Below, one piece after another: positions 1 through 13,082 of a stretch of 64,000 nucleotides of DNA (positions within the stretch are counted from its first letter, which is position 1; every line of letters begins with the position of its first letter). The position numbers and the translations under genes are program-made. The stretch covers positions 12,546,184 to 12,610,183 of the forward strand of contig MU058844.1 in assembly GCA_013265495.1 (NCBI GenBank), written 5' to 3'. Under the pieces are notes generated by a model. The model saw only the letters and a list, made by a program, of their open reading frames with translations, had not been told where the DNA came from and ran no database searches. The DNA comes from Vicugna vicugna (taxonomy: Eukaryota).

Positions 1-759
1 TAGGCATAAATATAAAGTATTATACCATGTTAACAAAATACAATGCACATGCTATTCATGTACTACAGAACTTCATATCGAAAAAAATTTTCTGGTAACA
101 AAGACAATCAGAGGAGTGCTATAGACAAGCTTCCTACCGTTCAAATATCATCAGAATTCAATAGGAAAAATATCTATAAATTTTGCTTGTCTACAAATTC
201 ATCTAATGATTAAAAATGCATTTTATTGAGAAGAAGGAAAGCTTAGACTATTTAAAAGTATGAATAATCAGGTTCTGGGTTGACAATTAGATTTTAAGCA
301 TATCAAAGCTAAAGTTCACTGTGAAGATAAAATTAAGTACCCTAGTGTTGTCAATAAAGTCTCTATAAATGTTGATTGTTTACTGCCCAACAAAACTTAC
401 AGGATTTTTGGGAGGATCACAAACGTAATAAATGTGATCATCCCTTTCGCCATGAAGGTGCTATATTAACATTAGTTGTCATTGTTATTGCCTTAATTTT
501 CTTCCCAAATTATTATATCTTCCTTAAAGTGGAATGTGCCAATTAACATTTGGTGGCATTGACTAAGTGTGTGGAAAATCCACTTAAGCTCCCCAGGAGT
601 AAGTCCCCAGTGGTCAGATGAGACCCATCATTTCTACCAGCCTAACAAATATACTCTCACTCATCAAAAGAGATCAGGAAGGTAAATTCATATTAAAATT
701 AAATGACTGTAAATAACTGGTGGCTGTGTTGGTCCTCTTGAATTGAAATAAATCTTGTC

Positions 760-945
760 CACAGTGTGTTTTGTATGGCCTGCAAGCTATGAATGGCTTT
801 CACATTTTTTAAAAGGAAGAATGGAATGAGGGAAGGAGGAAGGGAAGGAGGGAAGGAAGGAAGGAAAATACATGCTACAGAAACAGCATGTGGCCTGCCT
901 AAAATATCTACTGCTTGGCTTTTTATAGGAAAAGTTTGCAATTTG
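760..945. mobile_element. MER58-like hAT-Charlie element with internal (GGAA)n
   Basis: ggcctgcaagctatgaatggctttcacattttt...tgtggcctgc...ctttttataggaaaagtttgc resembles the MER58 consensus. A GGAA/GGAG repeat lies at about 826-864. Confidence 0.65.
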
Positions 946-1158
946 TGATCTAGATACTACAATTACAAGCAAAGTTGTTTCTGGTCCCTCAATTTAATAA
1001 AGGTGCTACATATATATTTCCATTAATAGATAGTTGAAATTTTAATTTTTAATACTTTACTGATGTATACTTTATGTACAATAAACTTTACATATTTAAA
1101 GTATATGATTTATAAGTTTTCCAATGAAACTATTATCCCAATCAAGATATTAAACATT

Positions 1159-2218
1159 TCATTTCTTAGGTCAGTCTCCCAAGGCAAAAGGAAAAAAAGC
1201 AAAAATGAACAAATGGTACCTAATCAAACTTATGAGCTTTTTCACAGCAAAGGAAACCATAACCAAAATGAAAAGACAACCTATGGAATGGAAGGAAATA
1301 TTTGCAAACAATGTGACAGATAAGGGCTTAATTTTCATAATATGCAAACAGCTCATACAGCTCAATAACAAAAAACAAACAACTCAATCAAACAATGGGC
1401 AGAAGTCCTAAACAGACATTTCTCCAAAGAAGACATACAGGTGGCCAACAAGCACATGAAAAAATGTTCACTAGCACTAATTATTAGAGAAATACAAATC
1501 AAAACTATAATGAGATATCACCTCACAACAGTCAGAATGGCCATCATCAAAAAGTCAACAAATAATAAATGCTGGAGAGGGTGTGGAGAAAAGAGAACCC
1601 TCCTACACTGTTGGTGGGAATGCAAATTGGTGCAGTCGCTATGAAGAACACTATGGAGATTGCTTAAAAACTAAAAATAGACTTACCATATGATCCTACA
1701 ACCCCACTCGTGGGCATATATCCAGAGAAAATTCTAATTTGAAAAGACACATGCACCCCAATGGTCATAGCAACACTATTTACAGTAGGCAAGACATGGA
1801 AGCACCCTAAACATCCATTGACAGATAAATGGATAAAGGAGATGTGGTGTATGTATTTACAATGGAATATTACTCAGCCATAGAAAAGAATGAAATAATG
1901 TCATTTGCAGCAACATAGGTGGACCTAGAGATTATCATATTAAGTAAAGTAAGTCAAAGACAAATATCATAATATCACTTACATGTGGAATAAAAAAAAC
2001 ACAAATGAATTTGTTTACAAAACAGAAATAGACTCAGACATAGAAAATAAATTTATGGTTACCAAAGGGGAAAGGTGGGAGAGATAAACTATGAGTTTGG
2101 GGTTAGCAGATACACACTACCAAATAAAAAATAGGTAAACCACAAGGACCAACTGTATAGCACAGGGAACTATATTCAAGATCTTGTAATAAACCATAAT
2201 GGAAAACAATCTGAAAAA
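1159..2218 (+). mobile_element. L1 3' fragment (ORF2 C-terminus and 3' UTR), artiodactyl type
   Basis: ORF2 remnants [45 protein letters not shown] and [12 protein letters not shown]. Degenerate TSD at 1144-1158 and 2219-2233. Confidence 0.92.
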
Positions 2219-2750
2219 AAGGTATCAAACATTCTATCAGCTCCAAAAGCTTCTTGAAACTTCCTTGAAATTCATCCCTCCTTCCACTCCTTTTCCTAGA
2301 CAACTACTGACCTGCTTTCTATTATCAAAGGTTGATTTGCATTTTATAGAGTTTTATATAAATAAAAGAGTATGTACTTTGTCAATTGGCTTCTTTCACA
2401 CAATGTGATTTTGAGATTCATCTGTCTGTGGTGGGTATTTGTAATTTGTTCCATTTTATTGCTGAGTAGAATTCCACTGTATGGATATACCAGTTGTTTA
2501 CCCATTCATTTTTTGGTGGGCATTTCTTGGGGGGATAAATACACAGAAGCAAATTTCTCAGTAATAGGGCAACTATATGCTTTACAAGAAATTGTTAAAC
2601 TATTTTCCAAAGTGTCTGTACCACTTTACATTCTTTACAGCAATCCTTGCCCCACCTCCTTAACAGCTGGTATTGTCTTTGTTTTAAAAGCAATTCTTGA
2701 TGTGCAATATTATTTCACTGAAGTGCTAATTTGCATTTTCTTAATGACTA

Positions 2751-3524
2751 AAGATAAAGATTCTCTCTGGGACCAAACTCTAGTCTTCTCTAGTCTTCCA
2801 GGTTCCTTTGAGCCCTTTCTTTACAAGCCCTCTTCCTTGACCTATAAAAAGAGCAGACTCCCCAAATGGGTTTGTCCAACCTCTCTCTTACCTGCACTAA
2901 AAGACTTGGACAAACGCTAGCATAGTTTATAACATATCAAGGCCTCCTTCCCTAGGATGACCCCAGCCCCCACCCCTTAAAATGATGGTTGGCAGATAGG
3001 CCCCTGAATCCCCTCTTAGAGAAGTTTCTTTAGAAGCTCTGCAGTTACGAATACTTTCTCTACCCTTTGAGATATAAACCTATCACTTAAAACTGTTTTC
3101 TCAAGGGCCCAAGAGCCATTTCTTTGAAAGGCAAACATTCAAGGGAATAACTCTCATCTTGTTCCCAGTCCCTGCGGGAGGACTGGACCCAAATTCACTG
3201 GGCCAAATTGACATCACTGCCTCCTGTCATCAAGATGCAAGAAGTTTGTTTCTCCTCCGGGTAAGTGCTGATTAACAAACCCAGATGTCCTGGTCGTGCT
3301 AACTAATCCCCTCTTCCTGCTTTTTGTAAATTCCTACTTCCATGACCTGCTCAAACCCCCTCTATTCCCCCTCCCTGCTCTTTCACTCTCCCTTTAAAAC
3401 ACCCAGCACCTCCGCACAAATCAATACTGGCATCAGTTCACACTGGACTCTTCCCTATTGCAGTAGTATCACTGCATAAAATCTGTCCCCATCACTTTAA
3501 TGAGTATCTGCTTTATCTTTGAAA
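2751..3524 (+). mobile_element. ERV1-class solo LTR (MER39/MER34-like)
   Basis: Begins aaagataaagattctctctggaccaaactctagtc and ends gcagtagtatcactgcataaaatctgtcc...tttatctttgaa. It interrupts the L1M. Confidence 0.6.
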
Positions 3525-3855
3525 CTAGTAATATTATCTTTTTATGCACTGAAGGGCCATTCATGTATCTTTTTTTGTGACGTGCCTATTGAGATCTCGG
3601 TCATTTATTATTGCCTTCTTATTATTGAGTTGTAAGATTCTTCATACGTTCTGAATACAAGTCCTTTTTATATATATATACATATACATACGTATATGTG
3701 TAAAATAATTTCTGTATGTAAAATATGCAAAATTATTCTGTAAAATAACTTCTAATTTCTATGGCATGACCTTTATTTTCTTCATGGTATCTTCCAAAGA
3801 GCAAAAGTTTTAATTTTGATGAAATTTAATTTAGACATTTTTCTTTTATGGTTTT

Positions 3856-3990
3856 ATATTAGGATTCTCCAGAGAAATAGAACCAATAGGATGTGTGTGT
3901 GTGTGAAGAGAGATAGACATATAGATATGCAGAACCAGCAGGACGTGTCACCTGACCAAACTCACATTTGACTGAAGCATTAACAGCCAA
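3856..3990 (-). mobile_element. MLT2 (ERVL) LTR remnant, internally deleted
   Basis: tattaggattctccagagaaatagaaccaatagga followed by (GT)n is the reverse complement of the MLT2 3' end. Confidence 0.7.
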
Positions 3991-4751
3991 ATTAATGCCC
4001 AAGGGAGAAATAAAAGGGAGAAAGACCTGAGGGCTGCGGTGTTGAGTGGAGACACTGTGGAGGTCTTGGATAGAGACAGCAGAAAGTTCACAGTGAGGGG
4101 AAGAGGAGGAAGGAGCTTTGTATCTGGCGGCACCCCGAGCCCATTTCATCACATATACACCTCAAGCACATTCTCAGCTCTGGCGCGCCATGAAAGCATG
4201 AGTTTTCATGACTTCAAATGATACGCGAATAGAAAAAGTAAGTGGCTTCCGGGAAGAAATCCAAAAAGTACATTTCATAAGAGGGCAATTTTCCCAAATT
4301 ATAAGCTTAGATATTCCAGAAAAGGAAAATGAATCGAAGATACATCCTTTAAAAAAAAAACACTTTAAAAGAGTTGAGCTGCACCAATGTGGTAACATGG
4401 AAGGTTTTTCTTATTGAATGGTGAATGAATGTTCAACAGGGCAGAGTCATTATGGGGGAAATGCAATTCAATAGAATTTTATTCCAATACGTTATTGACT
4501 GTCAGCACAGACAAGCAACGTATCATTGGACTGGGATCCCTTGTCTGACGGTTTTAGTCCTAGTTGTGCTAGATATAGAGCAAGCTACTGAAGGACAAAA
4601 CATTTGAACCCCTCCCCAACTCCCGTACTTAGTTAATCCTTCCACAAGTCACTTTCATATTTATCGTGTTAGTAAGTTGAGAATAAATAACAAAATTTTA
4701 AAAGCTTAGAAGAGAGGTTTTTAACTTACTGTTAAAAATAGAAAAACCTGG

Positions 4752-4868
4752 AAGGTAGGTATTAACATCTCCACTTTACTAATGAGAAAATTAATTTTGG
4801 ATAAATTAAGTGGCTCCCCAAAGTCACACAGCTAATGGCAAATCCGGGAGTAGAATTAAAGTCTAATT
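4752..4868 (-). mobile_element. MIR SINE
   Basis: Antisense MIR core: ccactttactaatgagaaaatt...aagtcacacagctaatggc. Confidence 0.7.
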
Positions 4869-4904
4869 TCCAAGTTGTCTTTTTCCATTACATTATCTTT
4901 CTTA

Positions 4905-5050
4905 GTCGCTCACTCATCCATTCATTAAAGCGTATTGAACACCTACTATATTCCAGGAATGACGCCAGGGGCTAGAGATACAAGGATGAATTTGACATAA
5001 TCCTTGCCCTCCAGGGAGCTCACTGCCTAATAAGGAAGAAGATGTGTGAA
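4905..5050 (-). mobile_element. L2 3' end
   Basis: cattcattaaagcgtattgaacacctactat...ccttgccctccagggagctcac. Confidence 0.7.
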
Positions 5051-8000
5051 TAAATACAAACTCTGTGTCACTGGTTCTTACCCATGTCTACAATTTAAGA
5101 ACCAAGTGCCCTGCAAAGATATTTCCCAAGATCATCAAGTATTCCTAAGGCCCCCATGAGTCTCAAGAATAAATCTTATTACTCCTGCAGATTTGAGAAA
5201 TAGTGACCAATGGTCTACAATGACAAAGATATTGTTTGATGTGCATAGTATTGACCTACATAGTTATCTTTCAAAATTTTTTTTTGAATTAGTTAACTAA
5301 TTTTACCTAAAAATACTGGCTTTGAGCTTTCTTGAAAATGTAGAAGATCCAGACCCCACATTCACTCGTGGCAGTGACAGGCTGGAACCGAGAAGTAGTT
5401 GTGCCTTATAGACAAGATACTTGGTGTCCAGTTTACCAATGACCCACCTCTCGTTTCACTGACTTAACCTACTTTATTCACTTACTTTAACTGTCTGGCC
5501 ATCAGCCATATTTTCCTCCTCCAGCTCTGAATTTCTCAACTAGTTACCCCAATATTAAACTCTTAAAGACTCGTAGTGATTCCACAGAGACCCACAAGAG
5601 AATTCTTCTGCAAGAACTCTTGGGAAGAGTCTGCGGTCAAGTGGAGAGACGTGTTCATTTTTGTGGCATGTGCTCTAGGAGGGAGACAAAACACTACTGT
5701 TTTTGCACAATATCATCTTTCAACTTTTTTTACTTCCAACCCCTCAGATTCATATATATGTACACAGAGAACTGAGTGGAAGTACTTATAAGTCAGGGTC
5801 CAGTAGGAAAATAGCAGCCACATGAGGAACCAACAGAGAATTTTATGGTACGGAATTGGTTAGACAGGTATTGGAGAGACAGAAGAGCAAGAGGGGATGC
5901 CAAGATAGCAGAGACAAGGGAACTGCAGAAAGCAGCCATTGTCCATAGCCTGGGAGATAAAGGGGAAAGGTTGGGATTTTTACAACCTAGGAGCTTGGAG
6001 GAGGAGACCCTCAAAGCTGGGATTTGACCTTTGAGGAGCAGGGCCACCCTACTCACTGCCACTCGTACCTCTGAGGGGGATTGGTAATCAGCTGTTGGAC
6101 CCGGTGAAGTGCTATTACAGAGACATAGAACGGAAAGCAAACAGGAAGGGACAATCCCTTTTCTGTACTTTTGCATCCCCATCTCCCTCTGGTGCTTTCT
6201 GTTGGCAGAGCAGAATCCCAGCCCCAGCACCACGAAGAAAGCACAACACAGATTTGGAGGTGAGGAGTGAGAACGAAGAATCGGCACACAGACATCACAT
6301 CAAATCGCTCTGCTTTGTAACAACAGGAGACTTGTTAAAGGACGTGTTATTCTTGGCTTTTCTTCCCTCAAGTTGGGTTTTCTCCCAGAACAGCCCTCAG
6401 TTCCTTATACAAACACATTTCTGGAAGATCTGCCTGCCAGGCAGGATTATCAGACAGGTGTGACTCCCAAAGTACTGACAGAGAAATCTCAGGTTGGAGA
6501 GCTTGCTACACAAATAAGTTACACTTATGTGCAATTACTCTTAATCAAAGGTACATACAGCATGCAGCAGTGAAAAAAATCAAACAGGTGACATTTTATC
6601 AGTATTTTGAAGGACAATTAGGAGTTTTCCAGGAGAAAAGGAAAAGAGTCTTGTGGATAAATGAAGTAACCTCATCTCCTTCCTCTCCTCCCTTCCCCTT
6701 CATCCTCCAAGAAGGCTGGAGGCACAGCCGTGTGGCACTGCCCTGCCTGTGCACATGCCCAGGTGCTCTCCCAGCCTCTCCCCATCTGCCTCCTGGTCCT
6801 CTTTTAAAGCCCCGCTTAGACATCACCACCTCGAGGAATCTGTCCTGAGCCCAGAGGTAGACTGAGCCACCCCTCGCTGGGGCTGTTTCTGTGGCTTCTG
6901 TTGTCACAGTTTTCACCCAAATCATAATCATTGGCTTTAATTCTATCTTCCCTGTTAGACAATGGATTTGTAAGGAAATCTCTAAATTTTCATTTTTAAT
7001 ATCTCCTATGCTTGCTAAATGCTGGCCTTTAGTAAAGTTAGGGTATTGTGAAGTGTCTTCAGTGTCAAGTTAAGAAGAGTTTGACTTTTTCCCTATCAGG
7101 AGAAGGAAATTATTCTCTCATTCTTGCTCTCTTTCCTCCCAAATGTAATGACGTACATACAAAAACATCCACCGAGGTTGGGGGTGGGGGGAATCGGTCT
7201 AAAATGCACGTTTATTCATATGGTTTTTAGAGTCTTTAATAATTTAACATTTTCACTTCTTCAAAGAAAACATTACTATGTGACTCTTTTCTGAAATCCT
7301 TTATAGTCTCACACTTAGTTCCTACCACCTTCTTTCAAAAGCCTCGGGTACTGCTTTTCCCTCTTCCTAATAGGCTGTAGGTCCCCCATAGTGTCCCCCC
7401 CACCGCCCGTGAACAGTGCCCTCATCCGTGCTGCTCCTCTCAGGGCCTCAGCGCTCCAGAAGACTGCTGAACCATAGGAAAAGGGGCTCCCAGCAGGAAA
7501 TGCAAAAGGACAGGGAAATTTTTGAAAATGGTGATAAACCTATGAAATGATCTTTAAAATGTCACTTGCATTTAATAAGAGTCAAGGGTGCACTCCTGTT
7601 AATGATAAGAGTCATCACCAGATAAATCACCATCTTCAAGAGGAGTTCAGGTGGCACTTTAGAAGAGGGACCAACATTTTCCAATCTTTAGTGGTATGCA
7701 GAAATAGGAGAACTTGGACAGGTAAATGGCAGAGACAATGGGCTTTCCCCACCCAAGGGGCTCATCTAAGCCAAGGTAACCCTCAAATTATCATTTTAGC
7801 CAGGCGTTGATATACTTACATTCATTTGTAAGGCCCCTACTTCCATAAAGGCATAAAATAAACAATACATTTAAATAGGGCTTTTTCACTATGCCCAGCT
7901 GTGTGCTCAATTTGTGTCTTCTTCCCAAATATGTCACTGAATGTCAGACTAGTACTTATTTTATTATTTAAAAATAACTACAAACTAATTCATGGGTGTG

Positions 8001-8932
8001 TAACAAGTGAACAGAGGTGTACAGAAAAAAGCTGAAGGCTGCCTCTCACCCGTTGCAGCCCTGAGGGAGCTCATGTTAACAGCTTGATGCAGATCCCTCA
8101 ATACCTACAGTGCCTGGGAACGAAACTGGCGAGACTACTTTGGGAGGTAGTTTAGTAACATCCACAAAATCTGAAATGCACACACTCTTTGATCCGGCAG
8201 TTACAAAATCTCAGAATTTGTCTTGCTAGTACACTTGAACACACAGGATATTCTCTGTAGTATTGTTTACAGTAGCAACAGGTTAGATACGCTTAAAAGT
8301 CTGATTAATTATGGCGTATCCTGAGGACAGAACACTATATAACTTTAAAATATGTAAGAGGTAGGTCTGCTTCATACTTTTTGGTAGCATTTGACTTTTT
8401 TACCATATGGATCTACTGGGTAAAGACTTGACAATCTGATGGATGAAAATTAGACTCATTGTTTGGCTTTGTATGTCCCTGATGAAAAGCCAGGGTGAAT
8501 ACTTTCTTCATATTTTTCATAGTCCTTGGCAATCCCTCTTCTACGAAATGCATATTCATATCCTTTGCTCATTTTTTAAAATTAAAGTTTAGCTGATTTA
8601 CAAAGTTGTGTTCACTTGTTGCCCATTTAAAAAATTGAGTGAACTTCCTTATTTTTAATACCTCTTTGAATACAGGATATATTAATCTCTATCATATATA
8701 ACAAATATTTTTTCCTAGTCTATTAATTCTATATTGCCTATAACGACTTTGGCATTCGGAACTTGTTATATATATTTAAATATAAAATTTACATATACAT
8801 ATGTAAACTTGTTATATATATTATATGTGTATGTAAATAATGTACATGCATATGTAAATAATTCCACCTTTTTATAGTTTCCCCTTTTGCTTGGGAAGGC
8901 CTTCCTCAACCAGAAGTTATAAAAATGTTATT

Positions 8933-9099
8933 AAAAATTTTTTTTCCTTTTTTTTTAATGTATACTAAGCAATTATTTTCAGGGGAGAGAGGTAATTAGG
9001 TTTATTTATTTATCTTTCAGTGGAGGGACTGGGGATGGAACTCAGGACCTCATGCATGCTTAGCACGTGCTCTACCACTGAGCTATATCCTCCCCTGAC
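8933..9099 (-). mobile_element. tRNA-Ala-derived SINE (camelid vic-1 type)
   Basis: Reverse complement reads ggggaggatatagctcagtggtagagcacgtgctaagcatgcatgaggtcctgagttcc...aaataaacctaattacctc followed by an A-rich tail. Near-perfect TSD taaaaatgttatt/taaaagtgttatt at 8920-8932 and 9100-9112. Confidence 0.88.
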
Positions 9100-10475
9100 T
9101 AAAAGTGTTATTTTTAACATTTAGATCTTTAATTCATCTAGATTTTGTTTTTTTTTAATTATGTGATCCAACCACTTTCTTCCAAGTAGTAGTATCATTT
9201 TTTAAAAAGCCTTTTTTTCCCTCAATGACTGGAAATGCCAACTATTCTATATTAACTTTCCACATATGCTAGAAGCCTTACTTCCTCAGGTTGATTTTTC
9301 TGCCCAGCCCTGCCTCCTAAGAAGCTGACCCCTAGGATCTACATCACCCAGGCCCCTGTGCTTCCTGATTTTAAATCAGCTTTGACCAGTGGGAGGCCGT
9401 GGTAGGAGATCAGAGGTCAGGAGGAGGGAGAAGTTGGAATATTTCTTCCCCATCCTTCCTTACTTTGTCACCAAAGTGCTTCAGCCTCCCTGCTGGTCCC
9501 CTTACCCTGCCTACACCTCTATAAATAAACTCTCTTCTAAATTCTGTTTCTAATCTCCTTTGAGCATACCTTCTTTTTTCAGACACTGTCTTTTCTTGTG
9601 CCTATTTTATGCAGTTTGATTATGGCAGTTTGAACATGTTTTAACCCACGCTCAATACACTATCTGTCTGAGATATTCTTCTACTCTTATTCTTCAATAT
9701 TCTTCTACCTTTTCAGTATCTTCTTGGAAACATTAACATGTTCATTCTTCCAGGTGAAATAATGAAAATAATGCAATCAGCTCAATAAAATCGAATCCAT
9801 GATTAAAATCGTACAACATTTGGATGTCAGTCGGGTAGAGATCATCAGTCTCACAAGGCAGGTCTTCCCTCACCATTGGACGTGGCCCTGCTCAGGGTTT
9901 CCAGATGCCTATTGCAAACCTCAGTACGCACAAAGCAGGTCAAACTAATTACTGTCCTTACAAGTTTTTATTTTTTTAATATTCTCTCGCTTGATGGTGT
10001 TCCCACTGTTGCACACACTTGAACTTCGTGTCATTTTCACTCACTCTTTCTCACTCCCACATCCGAATGGTTGCCAAGTCCTGCTAAGACTAACTGGAAA
10101 ATATCTAACCAATCTTTTCCTCATCTATCTCAAAACCACAGAGCCCAGGTCTCAACATCTCTTGAAGGAACAGTCATTTATGTCCCTTAATTGGCCTCCA
10201 ATCTCTAACGCTCCTTAAATCGATTTCTCATACTGCCTCCTGAATTAGAGTTTTTAAGATATAGATGTGAAAATGTCATTCTTCTGTGGTCCCAGTGTAA
10301 TAAATGATTAAAAAAATAAACATTTCATAGTCTTGTCACAATTTATCTTTCTGGTGCCCTTTACTTCAACTTACCACCCTGACACACACAGGCACACGCA
10401 CGCACACCATGCCCTAAACTACTTGTAGTTTCCCTGACATCTTGCTTCCTTTCTGTCTTTGAAAATGCTCTAGTC

Positions 10476-10811
10476 CTGCACTGTCCAGTAGGGTGGCCAC
10501 TAGCCACACGTGGCCATAGAGCACATGACATCTGGTTAGTCCAAGCTGAGATGCACTGTAAGTGTAAAATGCACAGTGGATTTCAAATACTTTGTACCAA
10601 AAATGAATGTCAAATATCTCGTTAAAAATGCTTTATTAAAAATTATTTTATGTTAACATAGTAGAAAGTAGAGTGGAAATAATAATTTATTGAATACCCT
10701 GGGTTAAATAAGATGTATTATTAAAATTATCTGTTTCTTTTTTTAATGTGGCTACCAGGACATCTAACATTTCCTACGTGGCTCGTATTACATTTCCATC
10801 AGATAGCCCTG
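10476..10811. mobile_element. MER33/MER3-type hAT-Charlie element
   Basis: ctgcactgtccagtag...gccactagccacacgtgg...gatagccctg, with a perfect 8-bp TSD CTCTAGTC at 10468-10475 and 10812-10819. Confidence 0.88.
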
Positions 10812-11529
10812 CTCTAGTCTGCTTTTAATCCTTCTGATAAAATCTTACTTGTGCTTAAAGTCCTACTTCAGATGTCACCTCCTCTGTGAAGCCCTCCCAG
10901 ATCCCCCAACTTCATGTAAAATTAATCATTTCCACCTTTGTCCCCTAAGCACTTTATGCATACCTCTATCACAGCACTGATCTCATTATAATGTGATTAT
11001 TCATTTATATGCCTGTCTTTACTATTTTTTAAATCTTTATTTTTTCCCTTACTCTCTGAATAGGCTTAGTTCTCAGTCAGTTTGTGCTTGTTAACAGTGA
11101 GGAATAAATAGTTCTATCAAAAACTGACACTAAGGATAATAACTAAAAATAATCACAAGATTTACCCCTAAGCTTACTGCACATAAGAAAGGAAAGGAAA
11201 ATGTCACTTTATATAACTCTAATAAGAGAAAGTTTTTGGTTTGTCAGGAAATCAAACATTTTCCTAGAACTAACTGTAGGAGGGATTTATTGCCTGAAAC
11301 TTTATATGAGACATTGAACCACATACTACGTCAGGTCTTTAATCAGGGGTCTACAGATAATACAGAAAAATTCCTTATATGGCCATTTCTTATATCAACC
11401 AACACTGCAAGCAGACAGCGTAACATTATAGCACTGCAGACAGCAGGCATTTTATAGACCAGTGTGAGACAGTCTAAACTGAGCTCTCTGGTGATCTCAC
11501 TTGATGAAAAGAAAGAATCCAGAGAATAC

Positions 11530-12870
11530 ATTTGGGTTTTTTTAAATCTATTCTGACAGTCTTTGTCTTTTAATTGGATTGTGAATTATAATTTATTAAA
11601 AGTATTGATATTCTTGAATTCAAATCTCTTATCATATTTTTGTTTTCTACTTTTCCTGTTTGTCCTTCATTCCTTTCTCACTTCTTCCCTTCTTTTGACT
11701 TAATCAAGTATTTTTATTATTGCATTTTCTCCTTTGTTAGCTTTATAGTTATATGTTCTTTGATCTTTCCTTTAGTGATTATCCTATTAATCAATAAAAT
11801 TTATAATTGTTTTTAAATATATGGTGTTGACAAAAGAAAATATGTAAACATAAAGGACATAGAAAAATTCAGAGAAAAGGGATTGGAAAAGACATAAGAA
11901 ACATATGCTAACCAGAAAAAAGCTGGTGCAGCTATATTAATATCACATGAATGATTTTAAGACAAAATATTGCATAAAGATGAAGAAATAATTCACCTAA
12001 AGATATAACAATCCTGAACACGTAGTTAACATGGCTAAAATATATGTTAAAAATATTGACAAAATCATGAGAAATTTACAATTCTGTAATCATAGTGAAT
12101 GATTTTAACATCCCTCTCACTAATTTATAGATAAAACAAACCCAAAGTAGTAAGAATATTATTTAAACAAAATAATGATGAACCTTGGTTGGTCTAATGG
12201 AACCATATACACATATATTCATATATATATGAATCCTGAGCACAATTTTCCAAACACATGAAATTTTTTTTTATAAAATCTGAGCTTATACTAAGTCACA
12301 ATGCCAATCTCAATACTACCCCCCAAATCAGCATAATATTCACCACATGGCTTACTAACAAGTCATTAAAAATAGAACATTAACAAAAAGATAACTTCCC
12401 TAAATACCCACATTTGGAAATTTAAAAATGTAATTGTGAGACATCTATGCATCAAGAAATAAATCAAAATGAAAATTGGAAAAATTTTAAAGCTGAGTAA
12501 CATGAAAATATTATATATTAAAATCTATGGGATGCAGTTAAATAGTACTTAGAAAGTTCCCCACATTGTTAGATGCATAGACTAGGAAAGACAAATGACT
12601 GAAAATTAATGCTTTCAATTCAGGAAGTAAAAAAAGCACAAAAAAGAAGTTTTGGCTAACAGAAAAGCCAAGAGAAGTACAGGAAAGGAAGTAATAAGAA
12701 TGTAATTTATTAAAGTAGGAAACAAGGAGATACTAGAGAATCACACAGACAAAAATGCAGAAGCTGGTCATGATTGAAAACCTAAGAAAACAGAAACAAA
12801 TTCCTGGCAAGTTTGATAAGGGGACAGAAAAAAAAATTCACAAATCTATTAGGAATAAAAAAAGGGATTC
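11530..12870. mobile_element. Old L1M ORF2 (endonuclease-region) fragments; the short left part is antisense and the rest is sense
   Basis: Degenerate L1 sequence (aaagctggtgcagctatattaatatca, atcatagtgaatgattttaacatccctctc, aaatctatgggatgcagttaaa). Confidence 0.7.
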
Positions 12871-12946
12871 AGTAGACTTTTTCTTTTAATCATATGTGTA
12901 AATTTTAACCCTCTTGTCATATAGGATCAAAAATCCAGCATAAACT

Positions 12947-13082
12947 TCAGTATCTTGTAATAACCTTTAATAAAAAAGAATATAAAAATGAATATATGTA
13001 TGTATATGCATGACTGGGACATAGTGCTGTACACCAGAAATTGACACATTGTAACTGATGGTACTTCAATTGAAAAAAAAAA
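12947..13082 (+). mobile_element. Short 5'-truncated young L1 3' end inserted in an old MaLR (MLT1-type) LTR
   Basis: tcagtatcttgtaataacc...gtgctgtacaccagaaattgacacattgtaactga...poly(A), flanked by a CATAAACT repeat at 12939-12946 and 13083-13090. Confidence 0.75.

Larger units (their letters stand above)
1040..3855 (-). mobile_element. Older L1M 3' fragment hosting the younger L1 and an LTR
   Basis: Antisense L1 3' UTR/ORF2 sequence (ttttccaaagtgtctgtaccactttacattc, gtgctaatttgcattttcttaatgacta, tttttaattttgatgaa) that resumes after each insertion. Confidence 0.75.

Noticed and set aside
2372..2920. 182-aa hydrophobic ORF resembling a membrane protein
   Set aside because: It is antisense L1 sequence running into an LTR. 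T-rich composition explains the hydrophobicity.
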